Assembly (NCBI GenBank): GCA_964521875.1
Contig: CAZFTZ010000071.1
Location: 10,155-74,154 of the forward strand
Reading direction: 5' to 3'
Origin: an uncultured Cellulomonas sp.
GTDB taxonomy: Bacteria; Actinomycetota; Actinomycetes; Actinomycetales; Cellulomonadaceae
Length of the DNA: 64,000 nt
Position numbers and translations under genes: made by a program. Within the stretch, counting starts at the first letter, position 1. Each line of letters starts with the position of its first letter. Below, in pieces: positions 55,728-64,000 of this stretch. The notes below the pieces were generated by a model, which did not search any database, had not been told where the DNA came from, and saw only the letters and a program-made list of their open reading frames with translations.

Positions 55728-56753
55728 ATGACGCGATCGCGATCTGTCACGCTGGCCGACGTCTCACGCGACGCCGGCGTATCTATCATGACCGTCTCGA
55801 ATGTAGTGCGCGGGAAGAGCCATCTCGTGCGACTGGAAACGCGCAAGCGTGTAGAGGAGTCCATTGCGCGGCTGAACTACCGGCCCAATCTGAGCGCGCG
55901 CAGCCTGCGGCTGGCGCAGCAGCATTCGGTGGGCATCGTCATCGCCGACAATGATCCTGCCTTTCTGACCGATCCGTTCATCTCGCGTCTCGTCAGCGGC
56001 CTCAGCAACTACCTGAGCGGTCGTGACTACACACTGGACATTCAAGGTGTGTCGCCGGAGCGCTTCGAGAGCGCCACGATCCTGCGAAAAGCGGGGAACG
56101 ACGCGTTGTGCGCCATCCTTTGTGGCCCGAAGGAACTGCGCAAATCGCACTTCGAGCATCTCCAGAAGCTCGGGCCGCCGGTGATCGTGTTCCAGGAAGC
56201 GTTCAACTCGCGCGCGCAGAATGTCGCGCTCGTACGGCAGGACGATCTCACGGGCGGCGCTCTCGTCGCGAAGCACCTGATGAAGAAGAAGCCGCGCTCG
56301 ATCGTGTTTCTGCGTCCGATGCTCGATTGGTTCGCCGTGGAGCAGCGCGAGAAGGGGCTGCGCGCAGCGTTCGAAGGCGCGAGAGGCGTCGAGATCAAGA
56401 CGCTGCTGGCACCCTCAGAGGGTTTCGAGGACGTGCAGCGGATCGTACGCGAATACCTTACGAGCCGTGTTCCGGATGCGATCGCTGCGGCGACGGACTC
56501 CATGGCCGGTGCTGCGTTGCAGGCCTGCGAGGCACATGGGCTGCGAGTCCCTCAGGACATTCTCATCACGGGCTTCAATGGTTTCGATGTCTGGCGCTAC
56601 ACGCGTCCGTCCTTGACAACGGTGGTCTCGCCCGCGTACGAGATGGGGCGCTACGCCGGTGAGCTGCTGCTCGAAGGGCTGAATCGCTCGGGTGGCTTCT
56701 CCAAGCGTAGCGCCGTGTTCCCAGTGACGCTGCAGGTCGGCGACTCCGCTTAG
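55728..56753 (+). CDS. LacI family transcriptional regulator
   Basis: TLADVSRDAGVSIMTVSNV HTH; LNYRPNLSARSL hinge; VPQDILITGFN; PSLTTV. Confidence 0.95.
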   Translation: MTRSRSVTLADVSRDAGVSIMTVSNVVRGKSHLVRLETRKRVEESIARLNYRPNLSARSLRLAQQHSVGIVIADNDPAFLTDPFISRLVSGLSNYLSGRDYTLDIQGVSPERFESATILRKAGNDALCAILCGPKELRKSHFEHLQKLGPPVIVFQEAFNSRAQNVALVRQDDLTGGALVAKHLMKKKPRSIVFLRPMLDWFAVEQREKGLRAAFEGARGVEIKTLLAPSEGFEDVQRIVREYLTSRVPDAIAAATDSMAGAALQACEAHGLRVPQDILITGFNGFDVWRYTRPSLTTVVSPAYEMGRYAGELLLEGLNRSGGFSKRSAVFPVTLQVGDSA

Positions 56754-56770
56754 CGCTCGCGTCTGCGCTC

Positions 56771-58360
56771 TCATATCTCCAGGGCCGGACCTCGCCGGCG
56801 CACGACGCGACCGTTGCGCTCGGGTGTGCGGCGCCCGCCGCGCATCGCCGGTACGCCGTTCACGAGCACATGTTGCATCCCTTGTGCGAGCTGATTCGGT
56901 TCGAACGTTGTGCCGCGATCGCCGAACTCATCGACTGCGAACACCGCGATATCCGCGTACGCACCCTCGGCTAGAACGCCGCGATCTCTGAGACCAAGGA
57001 TCGACGCGGGCAAACCGGTGAGACGGTTGACGCCCTGTTCGGGCGTGAGCAGTTTCCATTCGCGGACCACTGCACGCCAGAACCAGGAGGCCCATGTGTA
57101 GGCGCCGTGAAAGACGGAGTGGGCCAGCGGACCATCGGGTGCGAGCGTCGTTGCGTCCGAGCCTGGCATGCACAGCGGATGCGAGAACGCCAGCTTCTGC
57201 GCTTCTTCCGTGTAGGCGTGCAGGATGACCATGGGGCGATGCAGTGTCTCGACTTCATCGAGCAGAATGTCGAGAGCACAGTCGTGGGGGTCTCGCTTCC
57301 ATCGTCGTCCGATTTCACCGAGCGTGAGCCGAGAGACATCGGGACGACCGGGTAGATCCAGAAGTTGGACCTTATCCCAATCCTTGAGACTGGAGATGAG
57401 ACTGGCGAACTGCTTGATGTGCGCTCGAGCAGCGAAATCCGTGAGATTGCGCTTAAGACCCTGGATGCCTTCGGCGAACGCCCATGGGGGCAGCAAGGTA
57501 CTCAGCATAGTCGTGCCAAAGAGTCGCGTGTGCATGTCGAACCCGATGTCCTGCCCCTGATCGTGGGCCTGTTCGACCAGCTCGAGGCACTGCCGGCAAA
57601 TGTGGTCGCCCGAGCGCGGCATGAGGTGGCTCACCTGCAGCCGCACTTCCGCATCGCGAGCAGTGTGAATGGCTTCCGCCACGGCAGAGACCGCCGCTTC
57701 GGCGCGATTGCGCGTATGGGTGGCGAAGAAGCCGCCGGCCCGGCCTGCCTCGCGCGCGAGAGTCACGAGCTCGTGCTCGCCGCAGCCCACCTCGCTCGGA
57801 TACTCGAGGCCGATCGAATAGCCGATGGCGCCGTCGTTCAATCCGATCCGTAACAGGCGGCGCATCTGCGCCAATTCCTCGCCAGTGGCCGGGCGATCCT
57901 CGAGCCCAACCGCAGCCAGTCGCAGCTGCCCGTTACCGACAAGCGTGAGCACGTTGACGGCCGGCTGAACGGCTTCGAGCTTCTGTAGGTATTCCCCCAG
58001 ACTCTTCCAGGTGATAGGGACGCTGCCGTCGTAGCCATAGATCGCATTCGTCGCGAGACGGGGATCGCCGACCGGAGCGCACCCAAAGCCGCAATTGCCG
58101 ATCACTTCGGTCGTTACACCTTGGGCAATGGAGCTCACAGCGCGCGGATCAATGAGCAGCGTGTAGTCGGAATGGCTGTGGATGTCGATAAACCCCGGAG
58201 TCACCGCCTGCCCGCGCGCGTCGATCTCGAGGGATGCCTCGTCGACCACCTGTCCGATGGTCACGATACGATCGCCGTGGACGCCAACGTCTGCGACAAA
58301 CGGCGGTCGACCGGAACCGTCGAACACGGTGCCACCCCGAATGGCGACATCGAGGGCCAT
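56771..58360 (-). CDS. N-acyl-D-amino-acid deacylase (amidohydrolase family)
   Basis: PGFIDIHSHSD, QGVTT..GNCG, THTR, SH, GSD, DRG.L..GAYAD; ATG 58360. Confidence 0.9.
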   Translation of the reverse strand: MALDVAIRGGTVFDGSGRPPFVADVGVHGDRIVTIGQVVDEASLEIDARGQAVTPGFIDIHSHSDYTLLIDPRAVSSIAQGVTTEVIGNCGFGCAPVGDPRLATNAIYGYDGSVPITWKSLGEYLQKLEAVQPAVNVLTLVGNGQLRLAAVGLEDRPATGEELAQMRRLLRIGLNDGAIGYSIGLEYPSEVGCGEHELVTLAREAGRAGGFFATHTRNRAEAAVSAVAEAIHTARDAEVRLQVSHLMPRSGDHICRQCLELVEQAHDQGQDIGFDMHTRLFGTTMLSTLLPPWAFAEGIQGLKRNLTDFAARAHIKQFASLISSLKDWDKVQLLDLPGRPDVSRLTLGEIGRRWKRDPHDCALDILLDEVETLHRPMVILHAYTEEAQKLAFSHPLCMPGSDATTLAPDGPLAHSVFHGAYTWASWFWRAVVREWKLLTPEQGVNRLTGLPASILGLRDRGVLAEGAYADIAVFAVDEFGDRGTTFEPNQLAQGMQHVLVNGVPAMRGGRRTPERNGRVVRRRGPALEI

Positions 58361-58362
58361 GG

Positions 58363-60120
58363 CTAGCTCGCCCGGCGGCGCAATTCGGACCGCAACGCTG
58401 CGGTCCGAGCGTGATCGACGCTGAGCGTGCGCGATTCGATCACGACGCCATATTGGTCGCGAGCCGCCTCGAGACTCACCTTGCCCTCGCGCACATCCTC
58501 CAGCACGTTGGACGGTTCTCGCTCGAACGGAGCACCAAAACCGCCACCGCCTGCGGATACGTGTCGGAACACATCGCCTTTTCGCAGCTTGATGGCTTCC
58601 ATGGGCATCGTCGGCAGTACGCGCTCGTTTTGCGTGCCGGGATTCAACGTGTTCGTGGAGCCGGCACCCGGCGCGCCGCCGTTTACGCCGTAAGGAGGAT
58701 GGTCCCTGCGATCCGAGCGCACGGTGCAAACGGCCTCGTCGGCGAGTAGCCGAAAGGTTCGCGCGAACGCCAGTCCGCCCCGCATGCGCCCGGCGCCGCC
58801 CGAATCCGGGACGAGGCTGTACTCGAGGACTTCGAGGGGAAGCTCGGCCTCGATGAGCTCGATGGGATTGTTGGAAAGATTCGCGGCCGGGTTCGAGATT
58901 CCTTCGACACCATCCTGCGCGGCGCGCGCACCCCAGGTGCCGACCATGACCTCGGTGAGCACGAAGGGCTTGCCTTGGTGCTGGCCGCCGATGGCGAAGA
59001 GCGTCGGGCCGCCCTCACCTCCTGCGATCACCCGGTCTGGCGCGATACCGGCGAATGCACCCATGATGGCATCGAACACGCGATATCCCATCACGCCGCG
59101 CGCAGCGCAGGCGGCAGGATGGTTCGGATTGAGAATCGAGCCGCGCGGTGCACGAATCGTCACCGGGCGCATGTAGCCTTCGCAGTTTGGGATCTCGATG
59201 TTCGTGAGGCAGCGAATGGCGCAATAGGTCGAAGAGTTCACCATTGCGATCGGGCAGTTGATCGCCGCCTGCACCTGAGGCGCAGTGCCCGCGAAATCCA
59301 CCGTGATCTCGTCGCCGGCAACGACGATCTCCACTGCAATCTGCAACGGCGCTGGCTCGTCGCCAACGCCATCGATCCAGTCGACGAACGTATAGCGACC
59401 ATCCGGTATGTCGCTGATGACTTTTCGCATCAGGCTCTCAGCCTGGTGCTGCAGCGCTTCGAGATAGAGGCGCAGCTGGTCCGCACCGTGGCGGCGTAGC
59501 AGGTCCAGATAGCCGCGCTCGCCCGCGGCGCAAGCCGCAAGCTGTGCGCGCAGATCACCCAGCACCTGCGTAGGCATCCGAGTGTTCTTCGCGATGATTC
59601 GCAGCAGAGTGTCGTTAGGCACGCCCGCCTCGTGCAACTTGACGATGGGCAGGCAGAGTCCCTCCTGGAATATCTCGCTGGCGTGCAAGGCACAGGAGCC
59701 AGGTGTGATTCCGCCGACATCGCAGTGGTGGGCCATCGTACACGCCCATCCTTCGATCACGCCTTGGTGAAAAACGGGCTTGATGACGTACATGTCGGGG
59801 AGGTGCTGACCGCCCGAACCATACGGATCATTGAAGAGGAACACGTCCCCGGGCAGCGCGGTGCGGGCATGTTCCTTCACGAGAATGCGCATGCAATCCG
59901 GAAACGAGCCGAGCTGAACGGCCAGGGTGAGCCCTTGCGCGACAACCTGGCCGTGCCGATCGCATAGAGCGGTGGAGTAGTCCATGGAGTCGCGTACGAC
60001 CGGCGAGTAGGCGCTGCGCATGATGATCAGCGCCATTTCGTCGGCGGTGGACGACAACGCGTTCTTCACGACTTCGAACGTGATCGGATCGAGGGTGGTC
60101 TCGCGTGCAGCGTGGTTCAT
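58363..60120 (-). CDS. Hydantoinase B/5-oxoprolinase family subunit
   Basis: DPITFEVV, RSAYSP, NDPY..GQHLPD, HHCDVGG, EIFQEG, DSGGAGR.RGG, GGGGFG. Confidence 0.93.
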   Translation of the reverse strand: MNHAARETTLDPITFEVVKNALSSTADEMALIIMRSAYSPVVRDSMDYSTALCDRHGQVVAQGLTLAVQLGSFPDCMRILVKEHARTALPGDVFLFNDPYGSGGQHLPDMYVIKPVFHQGVIEGWACTMAHHCDVGGITPGSCALHASEIFQEGLCLPIVKLHEAGVPNDTLLRIIAKNTRMPTQVLGDLRAQLAACAAGERGYLDLLRRHGADQLRLYLEALQHQAESLMRKVISDIPDGRYTFVDWIDGVGDEPAPLQIAVEIVVAGDEITVDFAGTAPQVQAAINCPIAMVNSSTYCAIRCLTNIEIPNCEGYMRPVTIRAPRGSILNPNHPAACAARGVMGYRVFDAIMGAFAGIAPDRVIAGGEGGPTLFAIGGQHQGKPFVLTEVMVGTWGARAAQDGVEGISNPAANLSNNPIELIEAELPLEVLEYSLVPDSGGAGRMRGGLAFARTFRLLADEAVCTVRSDRRDHPPYGVNGGAPGAGSTNTLNPGTQNERVLPTMPMEAIKLRKGDVFRHVSAGGGGFGAPFEREPSNVLEDVREGKVSLEAARDQYGVVIESRTLSVDHARTAALRSELRRRAS

Positions 60121-62229
60121 TTACAGCCCCTCCCCCGCGACTTCGATTTCGATATTGGCCAGCGGGTCAAGGCGCGCGCGCGCCCGCGGCGGGACGATGC
60201 AGGTGGAGTCGTACTCCTCGATGATCAATGGGCCGACTGTCCAGCTAGTTCCGAGTGCGGGTCGATCGACGATAGGCGTTTCGATGAATCCGAGGTCTTT
60301 GCCGAAGTACGCGCGGCGAGTGCGCTCGACTTGCCCTTCCACGCGCGCCCGCGCAGCGGCGGCGAGCCGCTCGTAGCCCATGGAACCATCCAGCGGCGCG
60401 AGCTGTGCAAGAACGCGAATGGAGACGAGGTCCACAGGGTCTGCGTCCGAGCGATGTCCGTATGTTTTGTGATGCTCGGCGTGGAATCGTGCGAGCACGT
60501 CCTTGATGGGATCCTCTATCCGCACCGGGATCGCAAGCTCATACGCTTGGCCTGAATAGCGCATCTCCGCAATGCGCGTGAGTTGCAAGCGCCTGAGGTC
60601 GTGCCCCTCGGCTCCCATCTCCTCGCGCGCGCGACGTTCGAGCTGGCGGAACAGGTTTTGGAAAGCCGCGTTCTCGAGATCGCCGGCAGGAAGGAGAACG
60701 GTATGCGTGAATTCGTGCTCCACTTCCGCAAGAAGGAGACCCACCGCGCTGAACACACCCGGCGCCGGCGGAACGAGCACTTTCTTCATGGATAGGGCCG
60801 CTGCGACGGCGGCCGCAGCAATGGGTCCGTTCCCCCCGAAGGCAACGAGAGTGAACTCGCGCGGATCGCGTCCGCGATAGGTCGTGACCGCTTTCACCGC
60901 ACGCGTCATGGTTGCGGCCGCAACCGTATAGATGCCGTGAGCAGCCGCTTCGAGCGACATGCCCATCGGGCTCGCCACGCGTTCGTGAAGCACTTTGCGC
61001 GCGCGCGCTGCGTCGAGCTTCACGCGTCCGCCGGCAATCGCCACCGGGTTGAGATACCCGAGCGCGACCATCGCGTCGGTGAACGTCGGTTCGGTGCCTC
61101 CCATGCCGTAGCACACGGGGCCCGGGCTGGCACCGGCGCTGCGCGGCCCAACTTTCAAGCCGCTCGTGGGATCCGCGGTGACGATCGAACCGCCGCCTGC
61201 GCCGATCTCGGAAACATCGATGAACGGAAGCTTGATCGGGTAACCGCCGCCTTTGACGAGCTTGCTCGAGAGATTGATGCCTGACCCCACCTCGTACTCA
61301 GTCGTCTTGGCGGGCTCGCCCGCTTCAATCATCGCGGCCTTCGCCGTAGTGCCGCCCATGTCGAAAGAGATGACGTTGTCGAGGCCGAGTGCGCGTGCCA
61401 TGCGAGCACACGCGATGACGCCGGCAGCCGGTCCTGATTCAGTGATGTACGCCGGCCGACGCGTTGCGGATTCGACGGTCATGACGCCGCCATTGGACGT
61501 CATGATCTGCAGTGAACCAGTCACACCGATCGCACGCACGTCCTGCTCTAGAGCAGCAATGTAGTGCTTTACAATGGGACCGACGTACGCATTGACGACA
61601 GCGGTGCTCGTGCGCTCGTACTCGCGGATCTCCGGAAGGATGTCGGTCGAACAGGTGACGTAGACACTTTCTGGCAACGCCTCGCGCAAGAGCGCCGCTA
61701 CCCGGCGCTCATGGCTAGGGTTTGCATACGAATGGATCAGTGCGACGGCTACGGCCTGCACTTGCTCGTCACGCAGTACCGCCGCGGCGGCTGCGACCGA
61801 GGCTTCGTCCAGGCTCTGAAGAACGACACCCCGCGCGCCGACGCGCTCCTGGATCTCCAGTCGCAACCGGCGGGGCACCAGCGGCGGTGGCTTGCGATAC
61901 TGCAAGTCATAGAGCACGGGAATTCGCAGACGGCGCATCTCCAGCACATCGCGGAAGCCGCGCGTGGTGATCAGCGCCGTTTTTGCTCCCTTGAACTCGA
62001 GGATCGCGTTCGTTGCGATGGTGGAGGCGTGAACGAGCTCGGTCATGTCTGCCGCCGCCCTGCCCTGCTCGGCCAGCATCTCGCGCACGCCCTCGACGAT
62101 GGCGCGGCTATAGTTGTCCGGCGTGGAGGACACCTTGCGCGTGGCCACCTTGCCGCTCGAATCCACGAGCACGAGATCGGTGAATGTGCCGCCGATATCG
62201 GCACCCACCCGGTACTTCGTCTGTTTCAT
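60121..62229 (-). CDS. Hydantoinase A/5-oxoprolinase family ATP-binding subunit
   Basis: DIGGTFTD, ATNA, EYERTST..NAY, SGPAAG, DMGGTT, GAGGGS, SAGA.PGP; ATG 62229. Confidence 0.93.
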   Translation of the reverse strand: MKQTKYRVGADIGGTFTDLVLVDSSGKVATRKVSSTPDNYSRAIVEGVREMLAEQGRAAADMTELVHASTIATNAILEFKGAKTALITTRGFRDVLEMRRLRIPVLYDLQYRKPPPLVPRRLRLEIQERVGARGVVLQSLDEASVAAAAAVLRDEQVQAVAVALIHSYANPSHERRVAALLREALPESVYVTCSTDILPEIREYERTSTAVVNAYVGPIVKHYIAALEQDVRAIGVTGSLQIMTSNGGVMTVESATRRPAYITESGPAAGVIACARMARALGLDNVISFDMGGTTAKAAMIEAGEPAKTTEYEVGSGINLSSKLVKGGGYPIKLPFIDVSEIGAGGGSIVTADPTSGLKVGPRSAGASPGPVCYGMGGTEPTFTDAMVALGYLNPVAIAGGRVKLDAARARKVLHERVASPMGMSLEAAAHGIYTVAAATMTRAVKAVTTYRGRDPREFTLVAFGGNGPIAAAAVAAALSMKKVLVPPAPGVFSAVGLLLAEVEHEFTHTVLLPAGDLENAAFQNLFRQLERRAREEMGAEGHDLRRLQLTRIAEMRYSGQAYELAIPVRIEDPIKDVLARFHAEHHKTYGHRSDADPVDLVSIRVLAQLAPLDGSMGYERLAAAARARVEGQVERTRRAYFGKDLGFIETPIVDRPALGTSWTVGPLIIEEYDSTCIVPPRARARLDPLANIEIEVAGEGL

Positions 62230-62290
62230 GCGATCCAACCTAGCATCGTGGCAGCGATCACTTGAAGCTTCATATATCGATCGTTGGTGA

Positions 62291-63184
62291 TCATGTTTTC
62301 TTATCGCCGTTCGTGTTGCGCACGAGCGCAACGATGTCGGTGAGATCGCCGAGTGACGGATCGTTCCGATACGCAATCGTGAGGTGATGCGCAGGCAGTG
62401 TGGGGTTCGAGGCGAGCTTGCGCAGCACGCCCTTGTGCACCTCTGCAGTGACGAGGTCGGCGGGCAGCACGGAGAGGCCGATGCCATCCGCAGTCAGCTT
62501 GGTCATGATGGATAGGCTGGTGCAGGTATTTAGACGCTGGGGCGCAAGACCCGCGGCCCGGAACCAATCCATGACCGTGCGATACAGGTGGGATGGACGT
62601 GGATTGGTGAGGATAGGGACGCGGACCAGATGTGCGGGCGTGATGCGCCCGCGCGGCAGCCGCAGTTGCGGGCTGGCGAACCAGCCGAGCTCGATATCCA
62701 TGAGCGGGAGGATGGTGATGGAGGGGTCGGCGGTCGGGGCATTGAGGAAGGCGATATCGAGCTCCTCCGCATGCAGTTTTCGGTCGAGGTTGACGCTGAA
62801 GTCGATGTCGAGCTCCACGTGCAAAGACGGATGCTTTTCCGAGATGCGCGCGAGGAGCTGTGGCAGGTGTGTCATCGCAAAACTGTCTGCGGCACCGAGG
62901 CGAATGGTGCCGACGAGCGCCCTCTTGGCGCGCGCGCGGGCCTCGATCGCTTCACTCAACTCCAGCATTTGCTCCGCGTATCGCACGAGGTCGGCTCCGC
63001 GACGAGTCAGGCGCGGTCGTGAGTGGGCGCGGTCGAGCAGGTCGGTCGCGAGTTGATGCTCGAGCGCGCGAATGCGTCCGGAGATGGCAGGTTGCGAAAT
63101 ACTGAGCCGGCGTGCTGCGGCTCGGAAGCTCCCGAGCCTCGCGATCCAGACGAGGGCTTCGAGCTGACCGAGCCGGATGCGCAT
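62291..63184 (-). CDS. LysR family transcriptional regulator
   Basis: GSFRAAARRLSISQPAISGRIRALE HTH; substrate-binding domain follows. Confidence 0.95.
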   Translation of the reverse strand: MRIRLGQLEALVWIARLGSFRAAARRLSISQPAISGRIRALEHQLATDLLDRAHSRPRLTRRGADLVRYAEQMLELSEAIEARARAKRALVGTIRLGAADSFAMTHLPQLLARISEKHPSLHVELDIDFSVNLDRKLHAEELDIAFLNAPTADPSITILPLMDIELGWFASPQLRLPRGRITPAHLVRVPILTNPRPSHLYRTVMDWFRAAGLAPQRLNTCTSLSIMTKLTADGIGLSVLPADLVTAEVHKGVLRKLASNPTLPAHHLTIAYRNDPSLGDLTDIVALVRNTNGDKKT

Positions 63185-63197
63185 GGGTGCGCAGCGC

Positions 63198-64000
63198 TCA
63201 GGCGGGAGCGTCGATCACGCGCTGGCGTTGTGAACCGAGCCCGCTGACGGACAGCTCCATGACGTCGCCAGATCGCAGATAACGAGGAGGCTTCTGCCCC
63301 ATGCCGACACCGAATGGTGTGCCCGTGGAGAGGATGTCGCCAGGGAGGAGCGTCATGAACCGGCTGACGTAGCTCACGATTTCTGCAACCCCGAACACCA
63401 TATCCGCGGTCTCGCCACGCTGTTGAACCTCGCCGTTGAGACGGAGCTCGAGAGTGAGAGCCTGCGGGTCGGGTATCTCATCGGCGGTGACGAGCCACGG
63501 TCCGAGGGGCGCAAACGTGTCAGCGCTCTTGCCTTTAACCCATTGCCCTGTGCCCTTCAGCTGCCAGCTGCGCTCACTTACATCGTTGACGATGCAGTAC
63601 CCAGCTACGTACTGAAGAGCTTCATCGCGCGGCACGCGTGTGGCGCGTTGTCCAATGACGACGCCGAGCTCCACTTCCCAATCGACAGCGAGCGCGCCTG
63701 GCGGGATGATGACGTCATCGTAGGGGCCACAGACGGAGCTCGGGGCTTTCATGAAAAGCACGGGCTCTGCCGGTACCGCGGCACCGACTTCGCGGATGTG
63801 GCCGTGATAGTTGAGACCGACGCACACGATCTTGCCGACCGCACCTACACAGGGACCGAGTCGGACCGGCTCGGTTACTCGAGGCAAAGAGCGCTCGGCC
63901 GCAACCCGTGCGAGAGCGCGCAGTGCCTCCGGCTGCAGCGACGCTCCGCTGACGTCGGACACGACGTTCGTCAAATCGCGCAGCGTTCCGTCCGCCTGCA
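63198..64000 (-). CDS. Fumarylacetoacetate hydrolase family protein (5' end outside the window)
   Basis: KIVCVGLNY, EPVLFMK, DWEVELGVVIG, NDVSER, KGKS.DTF.PLGP, PGD...TGTP; the frame stays open to the window end. Confidence 0.9.
   Translation of the reverse strand, partial: QADGTLRDLTNVVSDVSGASLQPEALRALARVAAERSLPRVTEPVRLGPCVGAVGKIVCVGLNYHGHIREVGAAVPAEPVLFMKAPSSVCGPYDDVIIPPGALAVDWEVELGVVIGQRATRVPRDEALQYVAGYCIVNDVSERSWQLKGTGQWVKGKSADTFAPLGPWLVTADEIPDPQALTLELRLNGEVQQRGETADMVFGVAEIVSYVSRFMTLLPGDILSTGTPFGVGMGQKPPRYLRSGDVMELSVSGLGSQRQRVIDAPA

Noticed and set aside
1-64000. CRISPR arrays, rRNA/tRNA, IS elements, prophage, defence or NRPS/PKS genes
   Set aside because: No regularly spaced repeats or corresponding motifs were seen; the recurring 12-16 bp repeats are dispersed promoter palindromes.

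Overview
GC-rich, gene-dense bacterial catabolic island from a Gram-negative organism (four TonB-dependent receptors). I see no rRNA, tRNA, CRISPR or mobile-element signatures. It has three modules. (A) ~1-15.6 kb: a regulon under a PcaV-like MarR regulator, marked by a repeated TCAGTACACTGA-type box. It contains a TonB receptor, two Tat-exported MmgE/PrpD proteins, an ornithine-cyclodeaminase-family reductase, two LeuC/LeuD-type pairs (one large subunit lacks all three Fe-S cysteines), two atypical M24-fold proteins and an MFS; a truncated MhpD-like hydratase lies next to it. (B) ~16-57 kb: a LacI regulon marked by eight copies of the palindrome TGTAACGTTACA. It contains three paralogous TonB receptors, three five-bladed beta-propellers, two large unassigned secreted CAZyme-like proteins, a kinase-free sugar-acid oxidation set and amino-acid/amide enzymes. 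(C) ~57-64 kb: LysR, hydantoinase/oxoprolinase A+B, a D-aminoacylase and an FAH hydrolase. Family calls come from motif recognition by eye, with no database search, and the substrates are unknown.
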